This document shows positions 1-13,215 of a stretch of 64,000 bases of DNA, piece after piece (position 1 is the stretch's first letter; the number at the start of each line of letters is the position of its first letter). The notes beneath the pieces were generated by a model, which did no database searches, was not told the origin of the DNA, and was given only the letters and a program-made list of their open reading frames with translations. This DNA is from Scyliorhinus canicula (taxonomy: Eukaryota): assembly GCF_902713615.1 (NCBI RefSeq), contig NC_052151.1, positions 165,187,050 through 165,251,049 of the forward strand. The letters run 5' to 3'. Made by a program: the position numbers and the translations under genes.

Positions 1-851
1 TACAATGTATAGTATTCTAAAATGTATATATAGATAAAAGTTGGGGTAAATCAAATATGGCCAAAACAAATGCATTTAGTTTCACGACTGGAAAAATTGA
101 ATGCTGTACAAATGTTCAGCAGAATGGAAATATATTTCACCAAATGTCTCCATCACACACATCATTGCACTAAAAATTGAGATTTTAGGGATTCACACAG
201 TGAAAGTGAAAATTGGGCCTGAAAGTTAATGTATTTGATTTGAGCTCTGCTAATTGTGCATACTTTATTTTAGTAGCTGGGAAATTGTTTTCAGCAAATT
301 TGTAGCCACTTCTCCAATCTGCGTTCCCATCAAGAGAAGCTCTAGGATGAGTCAAAAGTTAGTTTCAAGGCTCAAAACATCAGTGTACATCACGTGCCCA
401 TCATTTCCTCACCCTTCTGAGTGGTTATTAGATCCCTGATAAACCTGTCCACTCCTTTGCGTTGTATGCAAAATGTTTGAAATTTTCCTAAGTGGTATTT
501 CTGGTATTACCTCTTGTACCTAATGTTTGTATGAACCATAATAGCCCAAAGGTTTCTTGCTAAAATGGGACATCTTTCAGCATGCACTATTATTAGTTCG
601 ACTTTTCCTATACCTTTCCACTCAAAAGTTTTTTTTGCATTGTACGTTGCCAGCTGAGGGCAATGGCACCTGTGGAACCTTCGTGACCAGTGGAAGCAAC
701 ACTCCCAAACCAATAAGATTTTAAAATTGATAAAGAAACAGAGGGACAATGGAGAAGGAGGGTGAAGTAGTCCAGTACAGAGGAAGATAGACCGCCAAAG
801 AAACAGGAGACAGTAAAAGAAAATAAGAAAAAAAGTTCAAATTTAAATCTT

Positions 852-1042
852 GGTGGGAATTCTCCGCCGTCGGGATTCTCTGTTCTGGCTGACACGGCAC
901 TCCATGCCCGTGGGTTTTCCAGCAGTATGGGATGGCTACAATGGGAAATCCCATTGACAAACGGCTGGAACCAAAAATCCTGCTGCCAGTGAATGGTGCC
1001 CCTCCGAGAAACACATTGCTGGGAAATGGGAGAATCCAGCCC
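852..1042. mobile_element. ~190-bp MITE, PIF/Harbinger-like
   Basis: Termini ggtgggaattctcc...ggagaatccagccc; internal palindrome caatgggaaatcccattg; related copies at 19365-19556 and 32505-32696. Confidence 0.7.
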
Positions 1043-1214
1043 AAGAATTTACTAAATGCAGGAATGAGACTCAACAATTTAAATACTTCCCTTTCTGGGC
1101 CAGAGAGCTTGATTGATATTAACTATTCGCACTTTGTTAAAAGGAATACTTAGGCACAAAATGTAACTTTCTGCTGTGAATTTTAAATTACTGTTAAGTA
1201 GCGCAATTTCAAAC

Positions 1215-1380
1215 TCTGCAGGTGATATAAAACTTGGAAGCATTGTGAATTGTGAGAAGGGTAGTGATAGACATCAAGAGGACAAGGACAGGATGGTGTT
1301 ATGGGTGGGCGAGCGGCAGGTGAAATTTAATGCAGGAAAGTGGGAAGCAATTTATTTTGGTTTTAATAATGAGGAGACAA
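1215..1380 (+). mobile_element. CR1 LINE RT fragment
   Basis: AGDIKLGSIVNCEKGSDRHQEDKDR resembles the CR1 FADDTKLG...LQEDIDRL region. Confidence 0.65.
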
Positions 1381-1381
1381 T

Positions 1382-1724
1382 GGGTGGAATTTTCCCCCAA
1401 AATGCAAAGTGTAATTCTGGATGCAAATATCGGTGCAAATCGCAGCAACTGTTCCAGCACGATTTCCATAGCAATATTCTCGCGCTTATCCATATTTTTG
1501 GAGGAGGTTTGGAGGGGATTTGCACCGGCATTGAGAGGTGTGGGGCCTAAATCCGTCAGCAAAGTCCGGCTCCTTAAAGATCTCCAAAATGCTACAGGCC
1601 CCCTCAGCGCATCACACCGGCGTCGGGCATCCTCACTGGCATCAGGCACCTCCTCCGCCGCCAGGCGCTGGGCCAATCGTGCGTTACCCAACGTCTTCCA
1701 CTCGGTGTGATCTGGATCTCACCC
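1382..1724. mobile_element. Harbinger-like MITE
   Basis: Termini gggtggaattt...gatctcaccc; GC-rich body in AT-rich flanks. Confidence 0.5.
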
Positions 1725-2028
1725 ATAAGGCTGATTTGATACAAATGTTGATGCTTGAGCAAAAGCAGTTAAGTTTATAAAACTGGAAAACTAGTTCTAG
1801 CTAAAAAAAAATTAAGCTGACTAAAAATGTGACTATAAAGCTAAAGAAACATTTCTATTAAATTGTGTGTTGCTGATAAAAATTACTGCGCTGGTAAACA
1901 CAGTGCTGAATACACTGTGGCCTTGGATTATTGGTATATTTTGTGAAATATTCATACTTTTGGATCAAATCGCTTGAAGCTTCTCAAAAGATAAAAACGA
2001 ACATTCACACCGATCACATGGATGTTAT

Positions 2029-2707
2029 GGGCGGAATTCTGCCCCCCACGCTGGGTGGGAGAATCGCTGGGGCGCCGCGCGAGTCCCGCCATGCCGCTCC
2101 GGCACCTGCACATGATTCCCCCCCCCCCCCCCCCCCCCCCCAACCAGCGGCGAGAATAACGACTGGCCGCTCCGAGAATCGCCGTTTGCAAAAGGCGAGC
2201 GGCGAGTCTCCAGCCCGATTGGGCCGAGCGGCTGCCCCAACACGACTGGTTCCCTCCGGCGCCATCGACACCTGGTTGCTGCTGGCGGGAAATGCGCGGG
2301 AATGCTGGGGGGGAGGCCTGTGACAGGGGGGAGAGGGGGGTTCCTGCACTGGGGAGGCCTCCGATGGGGTCTGGCCCGCGATCGGGGCCCACCGATCGGT
2401 GGGCCGACCTCTGTAAAGGAGGACCTCCTTTCCTCCACCGACCCGCAAGATCCATCCGCCATCTTGTGGGGCGGCCTCGGGGAGGACGGCAACCGCGCAT
2501 GCACGGGTGACTTACGCGATGCCTGCCGCGTCATTTACACGGCGCCGCCTTTTACACGCCGCCAAGGCCCAGCGCATGTAAAATATGCAACACCGCTCCT
2601 GGCGGCGGGAGAATAGGGGGCTGGGAGTGGGCTCCGACGCCGGAGTGAAACACTCCAGTTTTCACTCCGGCGTTGGGACTTTGTCTCCATTTCGGAGAAT
2701 CGCGCCC
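2029..2707. mobile_element. Harbinger-like non-autonomous element with 3-bp TSD
   Basis: TIR gggcggaattct...agaatcgcgccc; TAT on both sides. Confidence 0.8.
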
Positions 2708-3666
2708 TATGTGCCTACTATCCAGTTTTTATCAGATCGAGGGGTAGACCCTAATGGACAATTCTTCACCAATCTGATCTACACCATTAACTCTACGCCT
2801 TTTTCTCCTTTCCGTCAGTTAACATTCTTCTCATGCTGTAACATTTTGTCTCGCTAAATTTTTGGATAAGGTGTCCTATGCCACACATTGCGTATCTTCT
2901 GAAAATCCATAATTGCAGAATCTTCGGTATGTCTTTTAACTTTTCAAGTGGTTACTTCTTCAAAAAATCTCTTATATTTGTCAGCATTGATTTGTGAATA
3001 CATGCTTCAAATAGTAATGGGTTGGAGCAGAATAGATAGAAACATATTGTTTGCAATAATTGAGATTTAAGTGGGAAAGCTGTCAGTAGCTCTCTGTCCA
3101 AAATCTCTCAAATTTAATCTTGAATCTTTAAAGGTCTGAGAAAAAGCTGTCAATTAAACAGGTTTCCCATTCTGTGCATCTGTTTCAATAGACTAATGGA
3201 TGTCTTGGCACTCTGGAAATTGACAATTTTTTTCTCTTGGATCTATTTTGTCAATTGCTCACTGCTTATTTACACAACATAAAGAAGTGTCAAGTGCTTG
3301 CAGTTTTAAAGGTCCAGTTAATTGACAAAAGTGTCATAGCAACAGCAGATGTTTAAAGAAAATTTTGAATTACTTTTTTAAAAGATTTTCCATAACTGTT
3401 ACCGTAGAGTTCAATGTGTGTACACTGGATGAATGGCCTCAGTCTAGGCAAATCCCATGGAGCAAAAATTGTGTAAGGTACTTTCACTTGAAGCTGGGAA
3501 ATTTCCTGACATCTTTACTTTTTTTTATATCTTTACTTTTTTATTTTGCATTGATCATTACTGTATTTTGATTGATGCTCCCAGGTGTCCGCTTCCTTAA
3601 AATTATTTGCCCCATTTCACTGAACAAAATCAGTCTTTACTTTTGGCCTGAAATCAAACTGTAATG

Positions 3667-4060
3667 CAGGGGTGGGCAAACTATGGCCCGCGGGCCGCAT
3701 GCGGCCTGCCAAAGGTCTTTATGCGGCCCACCAAGATCAAGTCATCAAAAAAAAAAAAATCTTTTTTTTTAATTTTAAGGTTAATGGGGGGGGGGGGCGG
3801 CGGGGCGGCTGTTGGGTTACTGGTATAGGGTGGATACGTTGACTTGAGTAGGGTGATCATTGCTCGGCACAACATGTGTTTCATGTGAAGTTTCTACTTT
3901 AAAATATTAATTAATAAAAATTAATTGCTTTTTTTTTCTTTAAAAACCTTTTATTTTGGCTATTTTAAATATTAATTATTTTACTTAATATACTATGCGG
4001 CCCTGTAAAATTGTGAATTTCTGAATGTGGCCCTTGCACGGAAAAGTTTGCCCACCCCTG
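3667..4060. mobile_element. hAT (Charlie-type) MITE
   Basis: TIR caggggtgggcaaact / agtttgcccacccctg; perfect 8-bp TSD CTGTAATG (3659-3666 and 4061-4068). Confidence 0.9.
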
Positions 4061-4481
4061 CTGTAATGGAAAGAAGTTCAGATTGCATTCCAACTTGTTT
4101 TGCACTGCAACTCTATCCCCTCTCTGCCATGTGGATGAGAAACACCTCTTCCTTCCTCCACCTTCTGCTTAAAGCAATACCGTTGACAACATATCCAAGG
4201 GACCTATTTGGGACAAATCTCAGCATTCATCCAATCATAATTGCCGTCCACCTATTGTTAGGTATTGATGTATGACCTGGCAGTCCCTTGTGCAACCTGG
4301 GAAACAAACACAGTAATTTGTTATTTTATTTTCTCATTATATTCCCGCTGGTAGTTCTCTTATGAGTGCTGCTGTCTATGTTCTATGAGCACCGGCTTTT
4401 GTCTGGTGACTAGTTCAAATATGAATCTTAGTGGTATGTGGTTGGCATAAAGGGCTCTAACTTTATCCTCACTGGACATCT

Positions 4482-7400
4482 TTTTTTAATTTTAAATAAT
4501 TTTTATTGAGGTTTTCACAAAATATCAAAAACAGAAAATATCAACAAGAAAACAGTATTAACAACAAAAAAGAAAAAAACCACAATAACCCCCAAAACCA
4601 ACCCCCCCCCCCCCCCCTCCCCCCAAGCAACTACAAAAAGAAGAAATAGATTAGCACCCGGCATATTCAATAAACACATGTACACATTTCTCCCCTTCAC
4701 CGAAACAACCCCCCCCCCCCCCCCACCCACACCCCGGGTTGCTGCTGCTGCCGGCCTATTTTGCTACCGTTCTGCCAGGAAGTCAACCTCCGAATACCTA
4801 CCCTGTGCCAGCTAAGAAACCCGCCATCAATGCTCCCTGGAACAAACCGGTGGTTCCCCCGTATCGAGGACTCCATCGAGCCCCCCACCTCCCCCCTATG
4901 CCGTCTCCATTGCCCCCAGATTTTGAGGGTAGACGGGCTCGTGGTATACCTCGTTGGAGGGAGCGGCAACGGCGCCGTTACCAGCGCCTCCAGGCTCGTG
5001 TCCACGCAGGACGCCACCTCCATCCTCTTCCATGCTGCCCCTTCCCCGTCCATTACCCACTTACGCACCATCGGTGCGTTGGCAGCCCAATAGTACCCAC
5101 AGAGGTTGGGCAGCGCCAGCCCCTCCCTATCCCTGCCCCGCTCCAAAAACACCCTTCTCACCCTCGGAGTCCCATGCGCCCATGCAAATACTCCTGTTGA
5201 CCCTCCTAAAAAAGGCCTTCGGGATAAGGATGGAAAGGCACTGGAACAGGAACAAAAACATCGGGAGCACCGTCATCTTGACTGACTGCACCCTGCCCGT
5301 CAGCGGCAGCGGCAACGTGTCCCATCTTTTAAACCCCTCCTCCATTTGCTCCACCAGCCTTGCGAGGTTCAGTTTGTGTAGGGCCCCCTAGCTCCTAGCC
5401 AGCTGGACTCCCAGGTACCTAAAGCTCCTCCCTGCCCTTTTCAGTGGAGCCTACCAATCCCCTCCTCCTGATCCCCCGGGTGCACGACGAACAACTCACT
5501 CTTACACAGGTTGAGCTTGTACCCAGAAAAGCCCCCAAATTCCCTAAGGATCGTCATCACCTCTGGCATTCCCCCCACTGGGTCCGCCACATATAGCAAC
5601 AAGTCATCTGCGTATAATGACACTCGGTGCTCCTCCCCACCCCGCACCAGACCCCTCCAATTCCTCGACTCCCTCAACGCCATGGCCAGGGGCTCAATTG
5701 CCAACACAAAGAGCAACGGGGACAGGGGACACCCCTGTCTTGTCCCCCGGTGCAACCAAAAGTACTCCGATCTCCTCCTATTCGTGGCTACGTTCGCCAT
5801 CTGGGCCTCATATAACAGCCTCACCCAACTGACAAACCCCTCCCCGAACCCAAACCTTTCCAGCACCTCCCACAAGTACCCCCACTCAACACTATCAAAG
5901 GCCTTCTCCGCGTCTAATGCCACCACTATCTCCGTCTCCCCTTCTACCGCCGGCATCATTATAACATTCAGTAGCCTACGTATATTGGTGTTCAGCTGCC
6001 TCCCCTTCACAAACCCCGTCTAGTCCTCATGAATGACCCCCGGCACACAGTCCTCTATCCTTGTGGCCAAGATCTTCACCAACAGCTTGGCATCCACATT
6101 TAACAGCGAGATCGGCCTGTATGATCCACACTGCAGGGGGTCCTTGTCCCGTTTAAGGATCAAGGAAATCTGCGCCTGTGACATAGTCCGGGACAAAACC
6201 CCCCACTCCCTTGCCTTGTTAAAGGTCCTAACCAACAGGGGGCCCAGCAGGTCTGCGAACATTTTATAAAATTCGACAGGAAACCCATCCGGCTCCGGCG
6301 CCTTCCCCGACTGCATGCTGCCTATCCCAGTAACCAGCTCAATCAACGCCCCCAGCCCCTCCACCTGCCCCTCCTCCACCTTCGGAAATCTCAGCCTGTC
6401 CAAAAAGCGCCCCATCTCTCCCCCCCCACCGGGGGTTCAGGCCGGTACAATTCCCCATAAAAGTCCCTGAAGACCCCATTAATGTCCACCCCACTTAGTA
6501 CCACATTTCCTCCCCTATCCTTCACTCCAGTAATCTCCCTGGCCGCGTCCTGCTTACGGAGCTGATGCGCCAGCATCCTACTCGCCTTCTCCCCATAGTC
6601 GTACACCGCTCCCTGTGCCTTCCTCCACTGAGCTTCCGCCTTTCTGGTGGTCAGTAAGTCGAACTTGGCCTGAAGATTGCTCCGCTCCCCCAGCAATCCC
6701 TCCTCCGGAGCCTACCGCATATCTCCTGTCCACCCTCACCATCTCCCCCACCAACCTCTCCCTCTCTCTTTGCTCTCCCCTCTCCCTATGGGCTCGGATG
6801 GAAATCAACTCCCCTCTAATCACCTCCTTCAGTGCCTCCCGAACCGTCCCCACCCGGACCTCCCCATTATCATTGGCCTCTAAGTACCTCTTGATACACC
6901 CGCGGGCCCACCTGCTCATCCGCCAGCAGCCCCACCTCCAGGCGCCAGAGCGGGCGCTGGTCTCTCTCCTCCCCCAGCTCGAGGTCCACCCAGTGCGGGG
7001 CATGATCCGAAATGACTATGGCCGAATACTCGGCACCCTCCACCCTCAAAATCAGCCTCCTGCTCAGAACAAAAAAATCGATCCGGGAATAGGCTTTATG
7101 CACGTGGGAGAAAAATGAATACTCCCTGGCCCTCGGCCTCGTGAACCTCTAAGGATCCACCCCTCCCATCTGGTCCATAAACCCCCTCCACACCTTAGCC
7201 GCCGCGGGCCTCCTGCCCGTCCTGGACATGGATCAATCCAATGGGGGATCCAGCACTGTGTTAAAGTCCCCCCCCAATATCAGGCTCCCCGTCTCCAGAT
7301 CCGGAATGCGGCCCAACATGCGCCGCATAAAACCTGCATCGTCCCAGTTCGAGGCATAGACATTCACCAGCATCACCCGCCCCCCCTGCAACTTGCCACT

Positions 7401-9305
7401 CACCATCACATACCTCCCGCCACTGTCAGCCACCACCGTTGACGCCTCAAACGACACCCTTTTTCCCACCAGGATCGCCACCCCCCGATTTTTTGCATCC
7501 AGCCCTGAATGAAACACTCGGCCTACCCATCCGTTTCTCAGTCTAACCTGGTCCGTCACCTTCAGGTGCGTCTCCTGGAGCATAGCCACGTCCACCTTCA
7601 GCCCCTTCAGGTGTGTCAACACCCGAGCCCGTTTGACCGGCCCATTCAGCCCCCTCACATTCCAAGTTATCAGAGGGCTCCCTGCCCCCCTCCCCTGCCG
7701 ACTAGCCATAACCAATCCCCTGCCCGCCCCAGGCCAGCGCCCTGGCCGGCCCGTTCCCCGCGGCGGCAAACCCCCACCCCGGCCCCCCCTGCATACTCCA
7801 GCTCCTTCCTGGCCACTTCAGCAGCAACCCGGTACCCCCACCCCTCCCAGCCGTGTTACTCCCTCCACAGCACTCCCGTGAGCCAGCTAACTTCTCCTGA
7901 CCCCGGCGACTCTCTCCACACCTCCGACCCCTCCCAACGTGGGGCTACTTCTCCTCCCCCATGCCCATCAGCAGACCCTCCTCTTCCCCCTCCCGCTCTC
8001 GCGCGGGAAAAAAGCCTGCGCTTCTCAGCTCCGACCCCGCCCCCATCCACCCGCAGCGCGGGAAACAAAAGACAAGCCCACGCTTTCCGCCTGACCGACC
8101 CCGCCTCCTCTAGGGTAGCTCCCCTTGTCGTCCCCCACCACCAGCTCCCCACACTCCAAGTCTACCCCCCAACCCGAGCTCATCCACCGAACCCACGCAA
8201 AAAGACAGCACCTCACCCGCCCTAGAAACAACACACAACCAGCATAAAACAGCATGAAACAGAGAACCCCCCCCCACCAAAAGTTAACAGTTATTTACAA
8301 ACCCCTGACCCTCAGTTAGAGTCCAACTTCTCGGCCTGCACAACGGCCCACACCTCCTCCGGGGACTCAAAGTAAACGTGCCGGTCCTTGTAGGTGACCC
8401 ACAGACGCGTCGGCTGTAACATGCCAAACTTCACACTCTTTCTGTGGAGCACCGCCTTCGTCCGGTTGTACCCGGCCCTCCGCTTAGCCACCTCCGCACT
8501 CCAGTCCTGGTAAATCCGCACTACCGTGTTCTCCCACATGCTACTCCGCTCCTTCTTGGCCTACCTAAGCACGCACTCTCGGTCAACGAACTGGTGGAAC
8601 CGCACCAGCACCGCCTGTGGTGGCTCATTCGGCTTGGGCCTCCTGGCCAGTATTCTGTGGGCCCCCTCCAGCTCTAGGGGCCCCTAGAAGGACTCAGCTC
8701 CCATCAGCGAGTTCAGCAAGACGACCACATAGGCCCCCAGGTCTGACCCCTTCAGCCTCTCCGTGAGGCCCAGGATCTGCAAATTTTTCCACCTCGACCG
8801 GTTCTCCATCTCCTCGAACCGCTCCTGCCACTTCTTATGGAGCGCCTCATGCATCTCCACCTTTACCGCGAGGGCCGCGGCCTCATCCTCTCTTTCGGAG
8901 GCTTGTTGTCGGAGCTCCCGGATTGCCCCCCCTGGGCTGTCTGCGTCGCCAGCAGCTTGTCCATGGTAGCCTTCAGCGAGTCTAGCAGCTCTACTTTTAG
9001 CTCCTGAAAACAGCTCTGGAGAGTCTCCTGCTGCTCCTGCGCCCACTGCCTCCATTCCTCGAGGCCTCCGCCGGCCGCCATCTTGTTTTTCTTCCCCCAC
9101 TTTCTCCTAGGCGCTGCCACCGCTATTTTGCTGGCCCCACTCCTGGTCCAGACCATAGAACACTGGGGATCCGCTGCAGACACCTTCCCACGTCGGGAAC
9201 CGTCGATCAAGTACCGCTGGGGGCCCTAAAAAGAGCCCAAAAGTCCGTTCCTGGCGGGAGCTGCCGAACGTGCGGCTTAGGTCCGCATAGCCGCAACCGG
9301 AAGTC
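4482..9305 (-). mobile_element. L1/Tx1-clade LINE with both ends retained; ORF1 and ORF2 degraded
   Basis: 15-bp TSD cctcactggacatct (4467-4481 and 9306-9320); A-rich 3' end. ORF1 pieces ~9210-8312 (MENRSRWKNLQILGL, RIYQDWSAEV). ORF2: APE endonuclease (ITWNVRGLN, LQETH, GGDFN) and RT (GTRQGCPLSP, LYADD), broken by stops and frameshifts. Confidence 0.93.
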
Positions 9306-9430
9306 CCTCACTGGACATCTGCGCGCACAGTTTGTATTTGCCTCTCCCGTTCTCTTGAGCCATTTCCTGTCTTTCTCATGCTTGAACTTGCTTTCACGAA
9401 CCTTTTGTTCTTCCATGCTTTTTTTGTATG

Positions 9431-9486
9431 TTCTCTCTCTCTCTCTCTCTCGCGCGAGCGCGCGCTCCCTCTCTCACACACACATA
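9431..9486. repeat. Compound microsatellite (CT)n-(CG)n-(CA)n
   Basis: Directly visible dinucleotide runs. Confidence 0.8.
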
Positions 9487-10205
9487 TCTCAAATAGGCTC
9501 CTCTCATAGCAATCAGAGGCAGTTATCCCACCTGTTGTTTTCCATGTTCCGACCTCAGACACAGAGGAAAAATGCTCCAAATGCTAAACCTAACTGATTT
9601 CAAACAGTGTTGAACACACATCTCACAGGCAGTCAGAAGAGATCAGATTTCCTTTTCCCAGTACTTCTGAATTATCCCAAGAAGATGTGAGAGGAGAAAG
9701 GAGTGTTGGCAGTGGTGGAAGAATATCCCCGAAATATGCACAGGAGGGGAATTCCGAGCCAAAGGAGTTTCTCGTCACCGGAGTAATGGACATTCACTAT
9801 TGCAGATTCCTGGGGTCTCTTTGGATTATCAGCCAAGGCATGGAAGTGGAGATAGGATATTGATCACTTATGGTCTCATTGAATGGTAAAACAGCCATGA
9901 TGAGCTGAATGGCTTAATACTTTAATTTTCTCAATGCATCCCCGTTGGTAGTTCTCTTATGAGTGTTGTTGTATGGTTGCTAAATTATCTGTTTTCACTG
10001 TATCGTTTCCCTATTGCTCAATCATCCAAGGTGTGGATAGCTGAAAACACCAACACATACTTAACCCAGAGTGTTGGAAGTAAATGTCACTCGAGGTTCC
10101 TGCAATAAATCATGTCTGACATGTGTTCTGTATAAGCTGAATGTTTAATTGTTTCCATTAAGTTATCAGTACTGACAAATGAGAGGGGCATTTAAATGGA
10201 ATAAT

Positions 10206-10917
10206 GGCCTGGATTTTTGCAGTCAACAAGCGTTCTCACTTGGAAGAAAGCTGCTCATACCAAAGTAGCCATCTCTGAAGCATTGATTTCCCTTTTTTCC
10301 GGTGGCAGTTTAAATGTGGCGCCAAGTTAAGAGATTGTCTTGGCGTACAGCAGCAGTGCTGACAGGTGGGCATCCGATCAAATTATTCACACATAGCGAA
10401 CCAAGCAATTAAAAGCTGTTTAAATCCTTTGCTTTGAACTTAAAATTTCAGATCACAAAATTAATGCAGAAGCTTAAATAAAGCCAAACGCTTATTTTTG
10501 AAAGAAAACTTAAAAAAGAGAGACTTTTAATCATTGTGGAGAAATGTGACATTCCACATATGTAAAATCGGCTTTGAGTCAGTAAGGATGTTTAGCAGTA
10601 ATTATAACGTTAGTAAGCTGTAAAAACCCAGTTACACCTTATTCAACAAGGCGCAACGTTTTCCAGGTTTTTTACAGCACAAATTACCAGTGTTAGAATG
10701 GAATTTTGTGTTAATTCATGATTCCAAAGGAGGCAAAGTCTGTAACAATGTCTGTACAGCTTACCTGATAGTGGAGTAAAGAGTTGCTGACTGCAGCATC
10801 TGAATTTCTGCATTATTCTGCACGTGTCCGGATCCTTAAAATTGCTGCTAGTTTTGGTGAAGGAATGATGGTGTTTGCTGGTGATTTCATCATCACTACC
10901 ATAACTTAACTCAGGCC
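10206..10917. mobile_element. Old AT-rich MITE, Harbinger-like
   Basis: Termini ggcctgga...tcaggcc with AAT on both sides (10203-10205 and 10918-10920). Confidence 0.55.
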
Positions 10918-11596
10918 AATATTTACCTTCTACAATTTTCTCCCCCTTAATGTGAATGGAAACAAAATCTTAATTTTAAAAAAACTTTAGCTCCCTCAAA
11001 TAGAGACAACGAAAAAAGAATTATTCTAATCTACCTTCATTCTGAAATTGTAACATTTCTGAGTCAAGCTAACAGTTACTTAAGTCATTAAACTTGTTTC
11101 TGACTTTTATTTTGCGAATCAGCCGTACATTATCAGTTGTACCATGAGGGTGAACTGCGTATCACTGATCTGATTTTATTTCTCAAGTTGGAACTTCGAG
11201 AATACAAATTTCTGAATTACCTTCCCTTTATCACTGCTTTCTACTGATTCTGTTCATTACTGTCAGTTCTGCAACTATTTCCCACCATTACTGCTCCACA
11301 ACATGCCCACTCATCTCTATAGTGAACTCACCAGTGTTATGTGACTGGCTTCTCAGTACAACAATTCTATAGCACAGGATGTGAAGGAAAGCTCCTGTTA
11401 TGCAACTCAAGATCGAATTTGATGTTTAAGAAGATAAATTAAATAATTCAAAGTTATTAAAAGGTGTATAATATCAAAAGCTGCACAGAATTATACACAG
11501 AAACAGAACTGAGTCACATAAATATTGTGGCTGCAAGAGCAGGTCAGACCCTGGGAACTTTGAGGAGGGTAACTTGCCTCCTCACTCCAAAAAGCC

Positions 11597-11775
11597 ACAT
11601 TCTGCCGCCTATTCGGGTACACGGAAGGAGAATTCAGAATGTCCAAATTACCTAGCAGCACGTCTTACTGGACTTGTGGGATTAAGCCGGAGCAACCGGA
11701 GGAAACCCACGCAGGGAGAATGTGCAGACTCCGCACAGAGTGACCTAAGCCGGGAATCGAACCTGGGACCCTGGC
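11597..11775 (-). mobile_element. tRNA-derived V-SINE (HE1-like)
   Basis: Reverse complement carries the B-box ggttcgattccc and the V-domain (ttctccctgcgtgggtttcctccgg). Confidence 0.75.
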
Positions 11776-11779
11776 TTGT

Positions 11780-12410
11780 TTCACCTCCTTCTCCTGCATT
11801 GTTACCTTGGGTGTCTGCTAAGGATTGATCCCGGTCTCTCTTCTTTGTTTTGCCCATCGGCAACATCATCCAAAAATACAGTGTTAGTTTTCACTAATGC
11901 CCTGATGACATCCAGCTCAATCTTAGCACAACCTTACCCCACTCCTCCACTGTTTTAAAATTATCATACTACTTACCTGAAGCAGAAATTTCCTCCAATT
12001 AAATATTGGAAAGAGTGAAGTCATTGCCTTCGTTCACCGTTCTAAACTCTGTTCCTCAGCTACCGACTCAGTCTCTCTCTATGACAACAGCTGGAAACTA
12101 AGCCTGACTATTTCCAAACTTGGTGCCATATTTGAAGCGGATGTGAGCTTCCCACCACACATCTGAGCCATCACCAAGACTGCCTATTTCCACCTCCACT
12201 ACATTGCCTGATTTTGCTCCTACCTCAGTTCATCTTCTGCTAAAATCCTAATTCATGCCATTATTACCTCTAGTTAAATATTCTGATGAGTTCCTGGCTG
12301 CTTACCATATTCTACCCTCTAAACTACAGGTTATGCAAAACTCAGTTGCCTCTATCCTAACCTGTACCCATGTCCCATTTACCATCACCCCTGTGCTTGT
12401 TCACTGCCAT
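11780..12410 (+). mobile_element. L2-type LINE fragment, degraded
   Basis: L2 RT C-terminal-like text (gcctatttccacctcc; attcatgccattattacctctag; caaaactcagttgcc). Confidence 0.6.
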
Positions 12411-12829
12411 TGATGAGGGCATCAACACCATGGTGCAGATTTTGGGGAGCCGCCAGGGCTGGTACAGCGAGATAATGCAGGGACACCGAAGCTCAAATCA
12501 GCTACCCTTCTGTCCAAGGTGACCACCAGGGCCCTATGGGCACCGATCGAAAGGAGCGAGTGTTGGATGCCAACCCGGAGCGTCTCTACAGGGATGTGAC
12601 AGTAGCCACCAATCCCATCTACCCCTCTGAATACCCCCCTCCGAATACCCCGCCCGATTGAAAACTACGCTTCTCAGAGTCGCCGTCTGGAACATGGTGG
12701 CATGGCAGGGCTGGCAAGTAGCCTGGGACCCTCTGGCCCCAGGGCCTCCAAAGGACACGTGCCAGGGGCATTCCTCCTGTTGCCTCAGCGAGATGACAAT
12801 GTTGGGCACTCGCGTTGTCAGCTGAGCAG

Positions 12830-13215
12830 CACAGCATCGTGTACAAGGCAGGGAAGAACAATGCCAATGCAGACACACTGAGCCGTCTTCCTTTATGGAC
12901 ATACCAACCAAGACGGTATTTCCTCTGGAGACTTTGTTTTTCTGGAATGACTTTCAATACTAAACAGATTAAATAGTGGACGGACAGTGATCCTGTTTTG
13001 TCCCAGGTGTGAAGATTCCTACTACAGAATTGGACTTCTGTTACAGTTGATGAGGAACTGAGACCAAATATAGAATGCAAGGATGTGCTGAGTGTGAAGG
13101 ATCATTGCATTATTTGGGCGCCTAGGATAGTCGTTCCACCCCCTGGTCATTCACAAATCGTAGATGAAGTCAATGAGGCTCATCTCGGTGCCTCACATAT
13201 GAAATGTTTAGCACA
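12830..13215 (+). mobile_element. Gypsy LTR-retrotransposon pol fragment (RNase H end to integrase zinc finger)
   Basis: IVYKAGKNNANADTLSRLP ... DPVLSQV ... LSVKDHCIIWAPRIVVPPPG...EAHLGASHMKCLA. Confidence 0.75.

Noticed and set aside
1931-2857. Clusters of overlapping GC-rich ORFs here and at 33353-34725, 37978-38741 and 44058-44919
   Set aside because: They fall inside GC-rich MITEs with few stop codons; no recognisable domains or splice structure.
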